Shown here piece after piece: positions 1-13,854 of a stretch of DNA of 64,000 nucleotides. The DNA is taken from the NCBI RefSeq assembly GCF_009914755.1, contig NC_060937.1. One strand, written 5' to 3'. A program made the position numbers and the translations under genes. The notes under the pieces are model-generated. The model was given only the letters and a program-made list of their open reading frames with translations. It was not told the origin of the DNA and did not search any database. Within the stretch, counting starts at the first letter, position 1, and each line of letters begins with the position of its first letter. Origin of the DNA: the human T2T-CHM13v2.0 reference genome, Homo sapiens.

Positions 1-193
1 CACACTGGTTCTGTCCTTTATACCATTCAGGTGTGCCAGCCACTGTCCCACCTGGCATTGTCTGAGACAATCAGCTGCCGTAAGACAGGAATGCTGCCTC
101 CCTACCTGACTTGTGAAGTAGTTAAGCAGCAGTTAAGATCTGTCTGCACAACTCACTACTTATTTCAACTTGCATTGAAAAATCACTAGTTAT

Positions 194-483
194 GGCCAGG
201 TGCAGAGGCTCATGTCTGTACTCCTAGCACTTTGGGAGGCTGAGATGGGCGGATCACTTGAGCCCAGGAATTTGAGATCAGCCTGAGCAACATGACCTCG
301 TCTCTACAAAAAATACAAAAATTAGCCAGGCAGCTGTGGTCCCAGCTACTCAGAGACTGAGGTGGGCGGATCAGGTTAGCCCAGAAGGTTGAGGCTGCAG
401 TGAGCTGAGATCATGCCACTGCACTCCAGCCTGAGCATGGAGTGAGACCCTGTCTCAAAGAAAAAAAAAAAGAAAAAAAGAAA
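194..483 (+). mobile_element. Alu (AluJ-like, small internal deletions)
   Basis: GGCCAGGTGCAG... to A-tail; degenerate TSD aaaatcacta. Confidence 0.93.
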
Positions 484-504
484 ATCACTAATTGGTAGCC
501 TTTT

Positions 505-690
505 CTCCTCAACTAGGTTGGAAGTCATTGAGGGCAGAGGTTAAGTTTGCTCAGTGTTTAGTGCAGTGATGGACTTGCTGTGTCTGACATGTAGTAGACT
601 CTCAATAAATGTTGGGTTAGTGCAAAAGTAATTGTGGTCTTTGCCATTACTTTTAATATATGCTGCTTGAATGAATGAATGAATGAATGA
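505..690 (+). mobile_element. L2 3' end with (TGAA)n tail, interrupted by a half MADE1
   Basis: ...gtagtagactctcaataaat...tgaatgaatgaatgaa, a typical L2 terminus. Confidence 0.7.
612..657 (+). mobile_element. MADE1 (Tc1/mariner MITE), left half only
   Basis: ttgggttagtgcaaaagtaattgtggtctttgccattacttttaat matches the MADE1 TIR plus loop. Confidence 0.85.
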
Positions 691-1329
691 TTCATAAACA
701 GATCCCTGTTTTGGACCACATCAATGGAAAGGCTGTTTGTCTTCAGTCAGAGGCTCTGTCCTCTACCCTTCCATCTCAGGTGCTATAGAAATATGGTGTG
801 TGTGTGTGTGGCCAAGTGTCCACGGCTGTGAGCTCCTCAGGAAGGTGCCCTGGCAGCTCCTCACCCAGAACCCAACAGTGATGGAACACAGAAGTCACAT
901 TTGACCCTGACCAAGAGGAGGGTACTGACACGTGCCCAGCTGCCAGTGTGAGAAGTATGATAAAAGCTTTGAAGAAGAAATTTCTCCTGCCAGAGAGGTA
1001 CTTGCTTTGCTTTTGCTTTTTACTGAGATTACTTGATGCTTCAGGCATTCTCTTTTTCAGTAATGAATTGCTTCTCCCAATTTGGGAAGGACAGTCTGCT
1101 GGGTTAACTCAGCAAATCAGTCTGGCCACCTCCCAGATTGCTCTAGGCCAATGTTCCCCTCCTGCACCTTGGCAGGACCCCTGAGCTAAAAAGGAAGTGC
1201 TGTCTCACTTCCTTATCCATTTTCTGTTAACAATCACCAGGAGGTAACTTTAACCCAATCAAAGATTACCATAGCTCCTCCAGCTGTCCCTACCCATGAG
1301 ATGAGGAGCTAAAGGGTTGTACCCACACA

Positions 1330-2102
<773 letters not shown>

Positions 2103-3045
2103 TGTAGTCAAACCACATACAGGAATGCTGCCCTGTCCCTATTCTTTGGCTCTGCTTTTCATCTGCGGGGTTTTGAGTGTGCTAATGAGTCTAATCAATC
2201 TTGTAGATGAAAGACTTTTTCTTCAAGGCGACTTTTTGTGTAGTTAGACTTTCATATCCGTAATTGGCAAGTGAAACCTGGGGCCTGAGTGAACAGTTTA
2301 AAGATTAACCTTTTTAATTACCCAAAGCCACATTAACTATGAGCCTTTCTTTAGGATGACTTTAGAACCACAGCAGTGACTGGACACCATGTCCAGAGAT
2401 TGTCCCGCCACCTCGGATAACCTCAGATTGTGAGCAACAGTGTTGTTCACACCGTTGTGGCTGGAGTCAGTGCCATAACCTTTGAGAGGAGGCAGGTTGC
2501 TGGAACTGGTTACACATGCAAATGCAAACTGCAGAAGCAGATGTGTTAGGAGGTTACAAATGGGCAGAGGTGTGTCCTGGGTGGCCTGAGACAATCTGAT
2601 GCCTCCAGGCCACATGCCATCCTTGTTTCTCTGAGTTCTTCAAAAATGTCATGACCAGGAACTCCACAGTACTCTCTGCCTCCTCTGTTCTCTATCCCCA
2701 GATTAAGTTGTGTTCATCCTTCAGGGGTTCCTTATTCTAACTAGGACAGGTCTGTATGTTGCATGCTCCCTTATAACATGCAACAAACTTATTCAACATC
2801 TAGTCTTCCTGCTAGACCACAACAAAGGCTCCAGGTGGGTGAGTACTGTATTTCTTCCCCACTGTATCCGAAGTGTCAGCACAGTGATTGGAACATGGTA
2901 GGTACCCGGGAAGTATGTGGGGAGAGGATGAATAAATGACTCCTCCCCATTGACCTGTTACCCTAACACAATTCAACCCCTTCTCTTCATCTGACAGCAG
3001 TCACCCTCATTGCCTCTCTGGGCTACACAATAGCCTTCTAACTAG

Positions 3046-3394
3046 TTATGATAGGTTAGAAGACTGCCCCCAAAAGATGTGTTCACATCCTAATCCCCAG
3101 AACCTGTGAATGTGATCTTACTTGCGAAAATTGTCTTTGTAGATGTAACTAAGTTAAAGACCTTGAGATGAGATCATTCTGTATTGTCCAGCTGGGCCCT
3201 AAATCCAAGGACAGTGTTCTTAGAAAAGACATATGAGGAGAAGACACGGATGCAGAGAAGGCCATGTGAAGATGGAGGTAGAGATTGGAGTGATGTGGCT
3301 GCAAGCCAAGGAACACCTGGACCCACTGGAACTGGAAGAAGCAAGGAGGAATTCTTCCCTAGCACCTTCAGAAGCTGTGTGGCCCTCCTGACAC
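3046..3394 (+). mobile_element. MLT1 (MLT1B/C-like MaLR LTR), 3' truncated
   Basis: cccagaacctgtgaatgtga...ggccatgtgaagatggagg..gagattggagtgatg MLT1 motifs. Confidence 0.8.
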
Positions 3395-3536
3395 TTTTTT
3401 TTTTTTTGAGATGGAGTCTTACTCTGTCACCCAGGCTGGAGTACAGTGGTGTGATCTTGGCTCACTGCAACCTCCACCTCCTGGGTTCAAGTGATTCTCC
3501 TGCCTCAGCCTCCTGAGTAGCTGGGACTACAGGCAC
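3395..3536 (-). mobile_element. Alu right arm only (5' truncated)
   Basis: Poly-T + gagatggagtct...ctgggactacaggcac, then stops abruptly; no TSD. Confidence 0.92.
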
Positions 3537-3745
3537 TGTAGACTGGGAATGGCCTCACTATCAGGAAACACTGAGTCTACACACACATGGATGTAGCCTA
3601 TAGGTCCTTCCCAGGATGATTATCAACTCCATACCCATGTGCTAATACCAGAGATACAAAGGACGTTGTATAGTGCTTAGTCCAGAGCAAGAAGGCATAA
3701 GTGGTAGATGTTATTATCATTATCATCATCATCATTATTGCACAG

Positions 3746-4107
3746 TGATGTGGTTTGGCTGTGTCCCCACCCACATCTCATCTTGAATTGTAGCTCCCAT
3801 AATCCCCATGTGTTGTGGGAGGGACCCGGTGGGAGGTAACTGAATCATGGGGACGGGTTTTTCCTGTGCTATTCTTTTGATAGCGAATACGTCTTATGAG
3901 AGCTGATGGTTTTATAAAGGGCAGTTCCCCTCCACACACTCTCTTGCCTGCCACCATGTAAGACGTGCCTTTGCTCCTCCTTCACTTCTGCCTTGATTGT
4001 GAGGCCTCCCCAGTCATGTGAAACTGAGTCCATTAAGCCTCTTTTTCTTTATAAATTACCCAGTCTCAGGTGTGTCTTTATTAGCAGCGAGAGAATGAAC
4101 TAATACA
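3746..4107 (+). mobile_element. THE1B-like solo LTR (MaLR)
   Basis: TGATGTGGTTTGGCTGTGTCCCCACCC...ACTAATACA, full length, 5-bp TSD cacag/cacat. Confidence 0.92.
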
Positions 4108-4689
4108 CACATCTAGCTGACTGAGGTGTAAGCTAAGGAAATGCACTCTCCATAATTTCTAGGATCATGTATGAATAAGATTAAATCATAAAAACACTAA
4201 TGTCCTTCCACGTTTCCCTTAAGGCCTTCTAGCAATTCTCACTAGGACCTTTTTTTTTTTTTTAAATCTTGCCAAGTAAGTTTCTAAGATTAGTCATTAT
4301 ATTTCATTTTATCTCTCCTTTTTTAAAAAAACTTATTTTGATCTTTCCATAGATAACCAGTAGTTGTTTAGAATGAGAGCTCATCTTTAAAAATCTTCCT
4401 TTTAAATATAGCTAATTTATTTATTCCAAACATGACTCAAACCAATAAACCTTTCATGGAGAGATCCAGAGGTAATTTTTCCATTGAAAACACTATGGTA
4501 TTCCCAGAGTGGGTACAGAAGATGTGAGCCCCATGATCCAAGAAGCTCACTCCCAGAGATACACAAAGAAACCCAGAGACCCTTGTTGCCACAAGCATTT
4601 AAGGATGATGTTTATGTGAACAGCATCTCAGTCACCCACATTCCTCATGGCACCATGTGTGATGCCTCCAGTCACAGACCTGCTAATCT

Positions 4690-5030
4690 GTGACACCAGG
4701 TAGGTGATACTTGTATGAGAATTTCCCAGCACTCAGCAGGCAACAGAGGTTGAGATAACAAATGCCTCCGTATAGACTGGGGCCTGTTTATTAAGACAAA
4801 CTCCTCTGACAGCTTGGCATGGTCACATAAAGAGTATACTGCTTGTAAATTTGTGTCTTGAGTTACTAGCCTGTCAGGGCTAGCTGCCTGGCACAAGCTG
4901 ACACTTTGCGCCCCTTCATCTCTGACCCAGGAGTCTCGTGTCTTCTACCAGCATCCATGAAACTGTGGCAGGTCACCTTTTGAGCTTGTTAGTAGCGGGG
5001 TAAGATCTGAGCCTCTTCACAGTTATAATC
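4690..5030 (+). mobile_element. ERV1-class LTR fragment (MER34/MER39-like)
   Basis: tctgacccaggagtctcgtgtcttctaccagcatccatgaaactgtggcagg 3' LTR signature; left boundary uncertain. Confidence 0.55.
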
Positions 5031-5059
5031 AATACCTGACAGATATGAGCATTATGTGA

Positions 5060-5540
5060 TCAGAAAACCTGCACACGAATGTTTACAGCAGCACTAATTC
5101 ATAATAGCCAAAATCTAAAAATCACCTAAATGTTCTTCTAATGAATAAATTGTGATATATCTACATAATGGAATATCATGCAACTATAAAAAAAGAATGA
5201 GCTACTGCTATACCCAACAACATGGATAGATCTCAAAAACGTTGAATTTTTAAAAAAGCTAGACACAGAAGAGTACATGTTTAAGAATTTTGTTTGAAGT
5301 TCAAAAACATATAAAATTGATCTATAGTGACAGAGGCTTGAACAGTGGTTATCTTTGTGTGTGGACATATTGACTTGGTGGGACCCGAGGGAGCCCCTGA
5401 GGGCTGGAAATATAACTCGTGGTCTGGATGGGTGGTGGCTCTATGGATATGTGATTTTATATATATATATGTGTGTAAAAATTCATTGAGGACTAGACTT
5501 GAGATCTGTGTACTTCACTGCATGCTATACATCAAAAAAC
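5060..5540 (+). mobile_element. Old L1 (L1MC/ME) 3' fragment
   Basis: gaatgtttacagcagcact..ataatagccaaaa...caacaacatggatagatctcaaaaac L1M 3' motifs. Confidence 0.75.
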
Positions 5541-6871
5541 AAAATAGAATGGAAGAAAGAGAGAGAGACAGAGAACGGATGTATGTGGCCTTTGTCTTCA
5601 GGTCACTGTTAAATGGACATATTTCATGGGCAGGGGGGAGGCGCTCAAGAACCCTAGGGGGTCTTTTCTTTCATTATTTCACTTGTTCATTTGGCCTGTC
5701 TGTAGGTCTGGTTGCATCAGGTTGCCTGCGATACCAGTAGCTAGGGGGATTGGAGGATGGGGATGAGAGTCAGATCAGGGATGGGCCCAGGGAGCATGAG
5801 CTCCCTGGCTTAGAAAGGCAGAGTCATGGCTGACACTCCCAGGGAGACGCAGGGCCTAGAAACACAGTAGATAAGTTGCTGAAGGTGTTCACACCATGCC
5901 TGGAGTGGCACAGGCCTTGCCCTTTGCTCCTAGAGGCAGAAAGCTCCTCTCTGAGATTAGACTTGGCGGCTAAGGACCAACACTTGTGCTATGGCCTGGT
6001 TGTAGTGTCACAGGAGGTGCACCCTGACTTTGTGTAAATGCCTCACTGAATGAATGGCTCCTCCTCTCTGCAATGTGGCTCTCCTCACACCGAGCTGAGG
6101 GACGGAGCAGCCACAGAAAGCTGCTGACAGCTCCAAGTAAATCCCCTTAAGCGAGGTGGGGGCAGGTGTTTTATTGACTCTAAATCTTTGCCAGTAGCTG
6201 GGTACATATTTAATAAAAATCTTAGGCTTGGGGGGCAGGGATGGGAAGGCAGAAGGGAGAATTCCTGCCCCCAGGGCTTGGGAGGCTGGCAGGCTGGCCA
6301 GTCCCTAATAATTCGTTCATCCAATATTCATCTTTGGGTTATTATAGTCACTGAGTATCTCTAAGGAACAAGTTTATTAGTGTCTGCTAAGATAATTAGC
6401 CTAATCTACTTCAACGCAATTCAAATCGTCTCTATGCAGGTTTTTTTTTTTTTAACACAATTCACCATGACTACATTTCAACGTTGGTCCTATTTTGTTC
6501 ATATTTCCCCCATTGGAAGGTGCTCACTTTCTACAAGAGTGCCATGCTCTCCAATTAGCCCAAGGGGAAGGAGATTAAGTCCCCAGGCTCTAGCTCAGCC
6601 TTCTCCCAGGCCAGGATTGCTCCAGCCTGCATAATGCCTGCCGCTTGGGTGACCTCTAGGATCATCCTGAAGGCTGGACTTTCTTCCTCTCTGTCTGCAT
6701 TTCCCCATCCTCTAAGGGGATGTTGTAGAAGGGAAGGTACATGCACAGCTTCAACGGATCCAAAGCACTTGATTTTCTGTCCTGCCCTTGTAGAAATCTC
6801 TCACAACTTCCCTTGCAGCTACCCAAGCCGCAAAACTCTCCATTCATGAGTCTGCGGAGAGAGGGTTAGAC

Positions 6872-7036
6872 CAGCAATCCTCAAACACTGTGCAGGGTGC
6901 ACACAAATCACCTGGGCATCTTGTTAAAATGCACACTCTGATACAGCAGGTCTGGCATGGGGCTGAGATTCTGCATTTCTAACCAGCTCTCAAGGATGTC
7001 AGAGCTGCTGGGTCACAGACCTCACTGTGAAGGGCA
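6872..7036. mobile_element. MER5A-like hAT-Charlie
   Basis: aatcacctggg..cttgttaaaatgca...ctgagattctgcatttctaac. Confidence 0.75.
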
Positions 7037-7859
7037 AGCAGTTAGACCCACTCGTCCTTGCCCACTGCCATCATGCCGGGCATCCTTCTTCCTTCACAAA
7101 AGCCCTAACATCCCTTTAGGAATCAAATAGCCTATTCTTAATAACCTCAGACATCTCTTTCTAACACTCTGATTCCTTAACAAGTCCCTGCAGGGTCCAT
7201 GGTTACTTTCATGATGGCGGTAATAGGGCTGCCCTATTCCAGGGAGGGAATGCCTTGATTTGTTAGTCATGCAGTGTCCCCTTGCAGACAGCTTGGTAAC
7301 ATAGGACTTCACTGGGGGCAGAGGGGAAGCAGAGCTGCGAGGAAATTCTTAAGCAGAAAATGGGAAGTTTATCTTCTTTCTTTTAACAGTATTTAAATTC
7401 ATTTGTTAAGGGAGAGCTTCGCTTTAATTAATAAATTCTCCATTTTTATGGCTACTCGTAATTCCTTACTATTTAGTTTAATTGGGTTTTCATGTTCAGA
7501 ATTTAGAAGCAGCTTCCTCTTTTTAGTTTTAAATAGTAATACATAAACCAATAAATATCATGCTTTTCAGCAGGGCCCATTGATTTCCATACCATTCTGC
7601 TGTTACATAGTGAATCCATTCATTCAATCAATCACGCAACGAATATAAATTCATCACTCACCATGTGCTGTGGGAGATGATGGGTATAAAATGGTGAACA
7701 GATCACATGTGGTCCCTATCCTCAGAGAGCTTACTTTTCTAGTAGGGGGAGGAATTGCTTCTGGGAGTCAGGGCAGGATTTGTAGGGGAACGTTCAGGAT
7801 GGTATCCTGTCCAGTATCTTGGAGAGGTCTTTTAATATAATCAAATGGGAGGTAATTTA

Positions 7860-8126
7860 GATGACCAATCACATGCAGCCAACTGGTATTTAGTTAAGTT
7901 GTCTTGAACTTCCCATTAGAACCGTCCAGATGAGGCAGTGCTCTAACTGTAACCAGTCTAATCATGGCTTTGCTCACTTCGGCACTGGCCCTATAGAAGC
8001 TCTCCCCTGCAGTCACTTCCGGCAGATCCCTGAACCACTTCTGGTTTGGAGCTTCCTGATTCAGGAATTGCTGTTTGCACAAATACATTTTGAAAAATTA
8101 TGATGTACCAAAGTTTATCTTTTAAC
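7860..8126 (+). mobile_element. LTR 3' fragment (MER57-like ERV1; family uncertain)
   Basis: tgaaccacttctggttt...gattcaggaattgctgtttgc..aaagtttatcttttaac. Confidence 0.45.
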
Positions 8127-8764
8127 TGGTCCAAGTGCAAATTGTCTTATCTTCTTCCATGATTCTAATATTGGTGACTAATTCTTCTGGAAAACAAATT
8201 GGTGATGGCACTAAAGCCTTCCTCTGTAAAACACAGAAATGACAAGTCCTCCATCCCAGATCTACTAATGTACCAGCCTCACGACAAGTAGTCCAAATGA
8301 ACCAGGGCCTCTTCAATTCCTCCCCACTGCCAGAACTCTGCGTTTCCACAGCACTAGATCCTGGCCAAGCACTTAACAGTAATTCCCTGGGTAATCTTCA
8401 CAAGTCTTTATAGACAGGCCTACAGGATGAAACTTCAATTTCCCTGCATTGACTAAGATCGGGAATTGAGGCATAAAGAGGCGGATGGGGTTGGGGCAGG
8501 GGCACATGGCATGAAGGTGCATGGAGAATGGAGATATGGGTCCAGGTCTTCCACTCCTTATATGACCAAGGATAGTTCCTTTCACTTTTTTCAGACCTTA
8601 ATTTCCATGTCTATAGAATAAGAATGATGATATCTGCCTCCTTCCTGGATAATAGGAGGAATGCGTTAAAATGTGTTTTAAATGGTGCAATCCATTTAGA
8701 AGAAAGTATCATATGGATGCAAATCATGGAAGGGCATGCTTGAAATACGGAATGGTCCTGGCTG

Positions 8765-8990
8765 ACACCTGCTGAGTGTCTGTTCTAAGCACATCACATG
8801 CCTCATCTCACTTAATCCTCGTGTGGCCTCCAGGAGGTGGGTATCATTATCACAAGTAGTTTGTACCCAGGGACACTGGAGCTCAGGATGGAGGATGGTC
8901 TTTCCCAAGGCCTGGGGGTTGGTGGTAGTGGAGCTGGGCTTTGATGCTCTGGATTCTGGCTGCAGAGTGTGGGCACTGTGCCCCAGGCTT
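8765..8990 (-). mobile_element. MIR (a second + strand MIR fragment at about 8530-8685)
   Basis: tctcacttaatcctc...ggtatcattat...cccaagg core. Confidence 0.6.
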
Positions 8991-9309
8991 CCCGCTCCTC
9001 TCCCTGCAAGCAGCCAGCACTCAATTATCCCCATGTGTATTATCTGCAGCTCATATTTCATTTCATTCCAAGCTGACTTTTCCCTGCCAACCAGCTTGCT
9101 CATTTAGTTAGCAGGGGAGCTCAGGGAGTTAGAACTAATCCTAATATTAAGTAAAGAGCAAAGCATAATTAGGAAGATAAATCTTCTGGGGGGGAAATGT
9201 ATGTAACATATTCCAAAGTCAAGCATGGGTGATTTTTCCCATCTTCTAGATGATCCACATCACTGTTCTCTTTTTCTCTTTCTAGCACAGATAACTATGG
9301 GTTGATGAC

Positions 9310-9650
9310 ATATTGTTTTTAAACTTATTTTTTTCTGATTAGGAGATCATGTATTCTCATCACAAAATATTTAGAATAGCCTGCATAGTATAAAGAAAAG
9401 AATAGAAAACTCTCAGAATAGCACCATCCTGATAGTACCACTGTTAACATTTTGGCGTGTACTTCTTTCAATGCCATTTTCGACATAAATGCCTAAATAT
9501 TGCACTTGTAGTCTTGTAAACTGTTTTTTTTCTACTTGATATCTTGTGGAACTATATGCGTCAAGAGATGTAGCTGAACACCATTATTTTTGGTGGCTCC
9601 ATTGGCCTTGGAGAACTCATATGAATGTAGCATAATTGGTTTTATTCAAA
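9310..9650 (-). mobile_element. L1ME-like 3' fragment
   Basis: accactgttaacattttgg motif in an AT-rich context. Confidence 0.5.
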
Positions 9651-11315
9651 CCTAGCGAAGAGAGACACAATTGCTTCATGCATCCAATTATTTATTTGTT
9701 CATCGATTCAGCAAACCTGCCAGATATTGCGGATGAAAAGAAAAATAAAATGTAGTTCAGAGCCTCAAAGAATTTGCTGTCTTTTCTCAGAGTCACTGTG
9801 TCAATTTCTTTTGGGCCCAATCTCTTGACCTCTGCTGCCCACCCTCAACCTTCCTTGTTCAGATGGCCCCAAAAGCAGCTTGCTTTGTTGTTGGAAGCAG
9901 CCAGGCCTTATTCGCTGACCCTCCCCCACTTCCAATCCCTTCCTTTCTTGCCTCTGGTTTTAACAGTGGCATAAAACTAATTTATAGCTCTTGCTAGGAA
10001 GAGGACAAATTTTCATCTCAGCCCGTCATGCGAAAAGCACTAGTACAAATGAATAATTGTTGACCCATGCTACCTATTAGAGATTGTGCTTGGGTCACCT
10101 CGTTTGTTGTTTTAACACAAGAAATTAAGGGCCCTGGCAAGGGCTTCCATGGGCACTGAATTGGTAATGAGATAGAACATCGTCTTTGCAGGCGACCTCT
10201 CCTGGCGCCATGTTCACAAGAGGGAAAGGGATGAAACCTCGCTTCCACAATGATCCCATGAGAAGGGTAGACTCTGCCTGTGTCCACCTTTGATTTTAGG
10301 CTCAGGGTCATGTTCTACTAGGATCCATCAGCATATGCCTGTGAAGCAACTAGAATATGCTGGACACTGGGTGAAGTGATGGGTGGCGGGGGAGGGGCAT
10401 GGCTGTAGACGTTGCTATTTTGGCCTCCGGGAGTTCGCCAGCGCCTGACATATGTGAAGCCATATGCTTTTGCAATATATGTGTGCATGGAGTGATACAG
10501 GGTACATTCTCCCTCAGTACCAAATGGCTTGAATTGCAGGAAAAGGTTTGTGTTGGGGGTGACACTTGAAATGGGTCAGAAACAATAGAGGAACTCTGGA
10601 TAGTGAAGGGATGAGAGGTGAGCACTCCTGGAAGACAGAGGACATCCCTGAATGCAGGGAGGAGCTGTGCTTTCCACCGACTGATGAGGCCTTGAGAGAA
10701 CAAGGAGAAATGAGGCTAAGTAAGGAAGGTGCAATCAGATTACAGAGAGCTTTGAAAGCAAGACGAGAGTAAGAAAGACGGAAGGAGTTTCACAACACTT
10801 GATTGGTTCCATGTCCTGGATATGTGACCATGACTTGCAGGCTGTATTGAATATTATATGTTTTATAATATTAGGGACTAAAAATTGCAATGAAAATGTG
10901 TGTGTATACAGCCTTTCACACAGCTAGGGGTCAACATATACTTAATAACGTGTTACATTATTCCTATGCCATCTCTCTGGTCAAGAACTATTACCTTGAA
11001 CCATCATTTCAGCATTTTACAAAGTGTTTTCATACCTAGTACCTCATGTAAATTTGAATATAGGTAAGGTCAAATGCTTTGGTTACCTGGGCAATAACAT
11101 CTGCTGGCTGATATTCTGCATGCTCCAGGCATTAGTCTAGGCAAGCAGATGAAGATATCAAGGGGCAGCAGGGCTGGGTTTTGGTGGAAATCCTGCCTGT
11201 CCATGCTGATTCACTGGAGGACATGGGTAGCAGGAAGGGAAAATGCCGTTTTTGGAAACTGTGATATTACACAGAAGAATCAACTGAAAGACTGTTGCAG
11301 AGTAAGAAAGTTTGG

Positions 11316-11667
<352 letters not shown>

Positions 11668-12039
11668 TCACTGAGCTCTGGACCTAATGATGAGAGTGGG
11701 GTTAGGGGGCGAGGTGCAGTGAGGCAGTGAAGGAACTGTTGAGTTAGTCCTTCTTTTGGATGTGGGAATGTGACCCCTGAGCAGAAAGGATAATGGGAAA
11801 AGCTTCTGGATATTTACGATGATTTTCAGCAGAGGTATTCACTCCCAGACACTAGGGAGCTACATTTACTGTCACTAGAAGCCCCAACTGATACCTTGGG
11901 ATAGGCCGTGGGGACACTCTGGGATAATGCAATATTCTAAAACAGAGATCAGAGGCCTTGGTGAGACTTATGAAGCCCCCAGCTAGCTCCAGATCTACAT
12001 TCGGCAGGTTGCCATCCCAAATTAATATGCATTAGGCTA

Positions 12040-12372
<333 letters not shown>

Positions 12373-12559
12373 AAGGCAGCCGCAGACTAGAAAGCCTGTT
12401 TGGCAGGGTGTGGGCAGGAGTGCCTTAATCTTTTAAGTAGTTTGAAAGTGAGGCCTGCATTTTCTATAGCTCTGTCTTAGGTCACAGGTGCATACACAGC
12501 AAGTGATCAGGTAGTCCCTATTCAAATGCCTAAAGCTGGAGTATATGGATTTAGTTTTA

Positions 12560-13240
12560 TTCATTCATTCATTCGTTCATCAAACTTTATCAACCCTCTT
12601 TCATGTGCCAGATCCTGGTGACAAAATGATAAATAATACCCAGTGTCTGTCCACAAAAGGATGTACAGTCTAATGGGGGGTTGGCTGGAAAATAGACAAC
12701 TACAAGGAATGTGTGATAAATGCTATGATAGAAATAAGCCCAGGGAGCTGTGGGAACACAGAGGAAAGACAATGAGAAAACTCTGGCCAAGGAAGGTCTC
12801 ATGGAGGAGGTCGTAAGTGAGCTGGGCCTTGAAGGATGAATGGGAATTATCTTGGCAAAGGACCATTTATAGGGAGAAGAAAAGAACATTCAGGTAGACA
12901 AAAAGCAATAGAATTCAGCAGCCCTGAAAGTTACAAATAGTTCAGCAATCCTGGAAGGTCAAGGTAGTTGATGTCCAGGTGGGTGAGAATGATGAGAAAT
13001 TACACAGAAGAGGCCCCTATACATAGCTTCTATGCTATACATAGCATAGAAGAGCTATGTATAAGGAGTTTGAGTCCTGTTATCAAGACTGCTAAGGAGT
13101 TTGAGTCTTGTTATGAAGGCTTTGGTGTGCCACTGAAGGATTTTAAGGGGGATATGGACAAGGATGACATAAGAAAACTCCTAATAAAAAATTCCAGGTA
13201 GGTGGGGTAAGATGTAAAGAAGGATATAAGACTGGTAGCA
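12560..13240 (-). mobile_element. L2 fragment
   Basis: ttcattcattcatt tail; gaggagg...gagctgggccttgaaggatga; cactgaaggattttaag. Confidence 0.7.
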
Positions 13241-13376
13241 GTTACAAAATCCATATTTTTATCCAATTACCTACAACCGATTTGTAGAGATATGTACAAT
13301 TATACACTGAAAACACATTGATTCCTAAAAAGTAAACTGTGGCTGGAACTTTTACAAAAATAATTATTTTACATAT

Positions 13377-13452
13377 ATTTTTTCTTCCCCAATTAAAAAC
13401 TTTTAATTTAAAAGTTAACTTTAATGTCAAAAATGCAAGCTTGGGGAGGGCA
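13377..13452 (-). mobile_element. Severely 5'-truncated SVA2-like retroposon 3' end
   Basis: ccccaattaaaaacttttaatttaaaagttaactttaatgtcaaaaatgcaagcttggggagggca matches the recalled SVA2 3' unique tail; flanking TACATAT direct repeat. Confidence 0.6.
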
Positions 13453-13549
13453 TACATATTATATTTTTAAAAATAAAAGCTATATATTATTTAGGCAAGT
13501 TTGTTATTACTATTAATTCTATTAATGTGTTTAATATTAATATATTGTT

Positions 13550-13854
13550 ATTACTACATGCTACAACATAGATAAACCTTGAAAACATTATGTTAAGTCA
13601 AAGAAGCCAGTGGCGAAAGATCACATATTATATAATTCTATTTACATGAACTGTCCAGAATAGGCAAATGCACAGATACAGAAAAAAGATGGGTTGCCAA
13701 GGGTTGGAGGGAGGGTAGAGTGGAGTGGTTGCTAACAAATATGGGATTTCTTTTGGGGTGTTGAAAACATTCTAAAATTAGATAGTGGTAATGGTTGTGC
13801 AACTCCGTGAATATACTAAAATCAATTGAATTATACACTTTAAAAGGTATGTGA
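13550..13854 (+). mobile_element. L1MB 3'UTR, interrupted by a younger L1 and resuming at about 16045-16067
   Basis: aaccttgaaaacattatg..aagaagccag...tgtccagaataggcaaat...ttatacactttaaaa. Confidence 0.8.
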
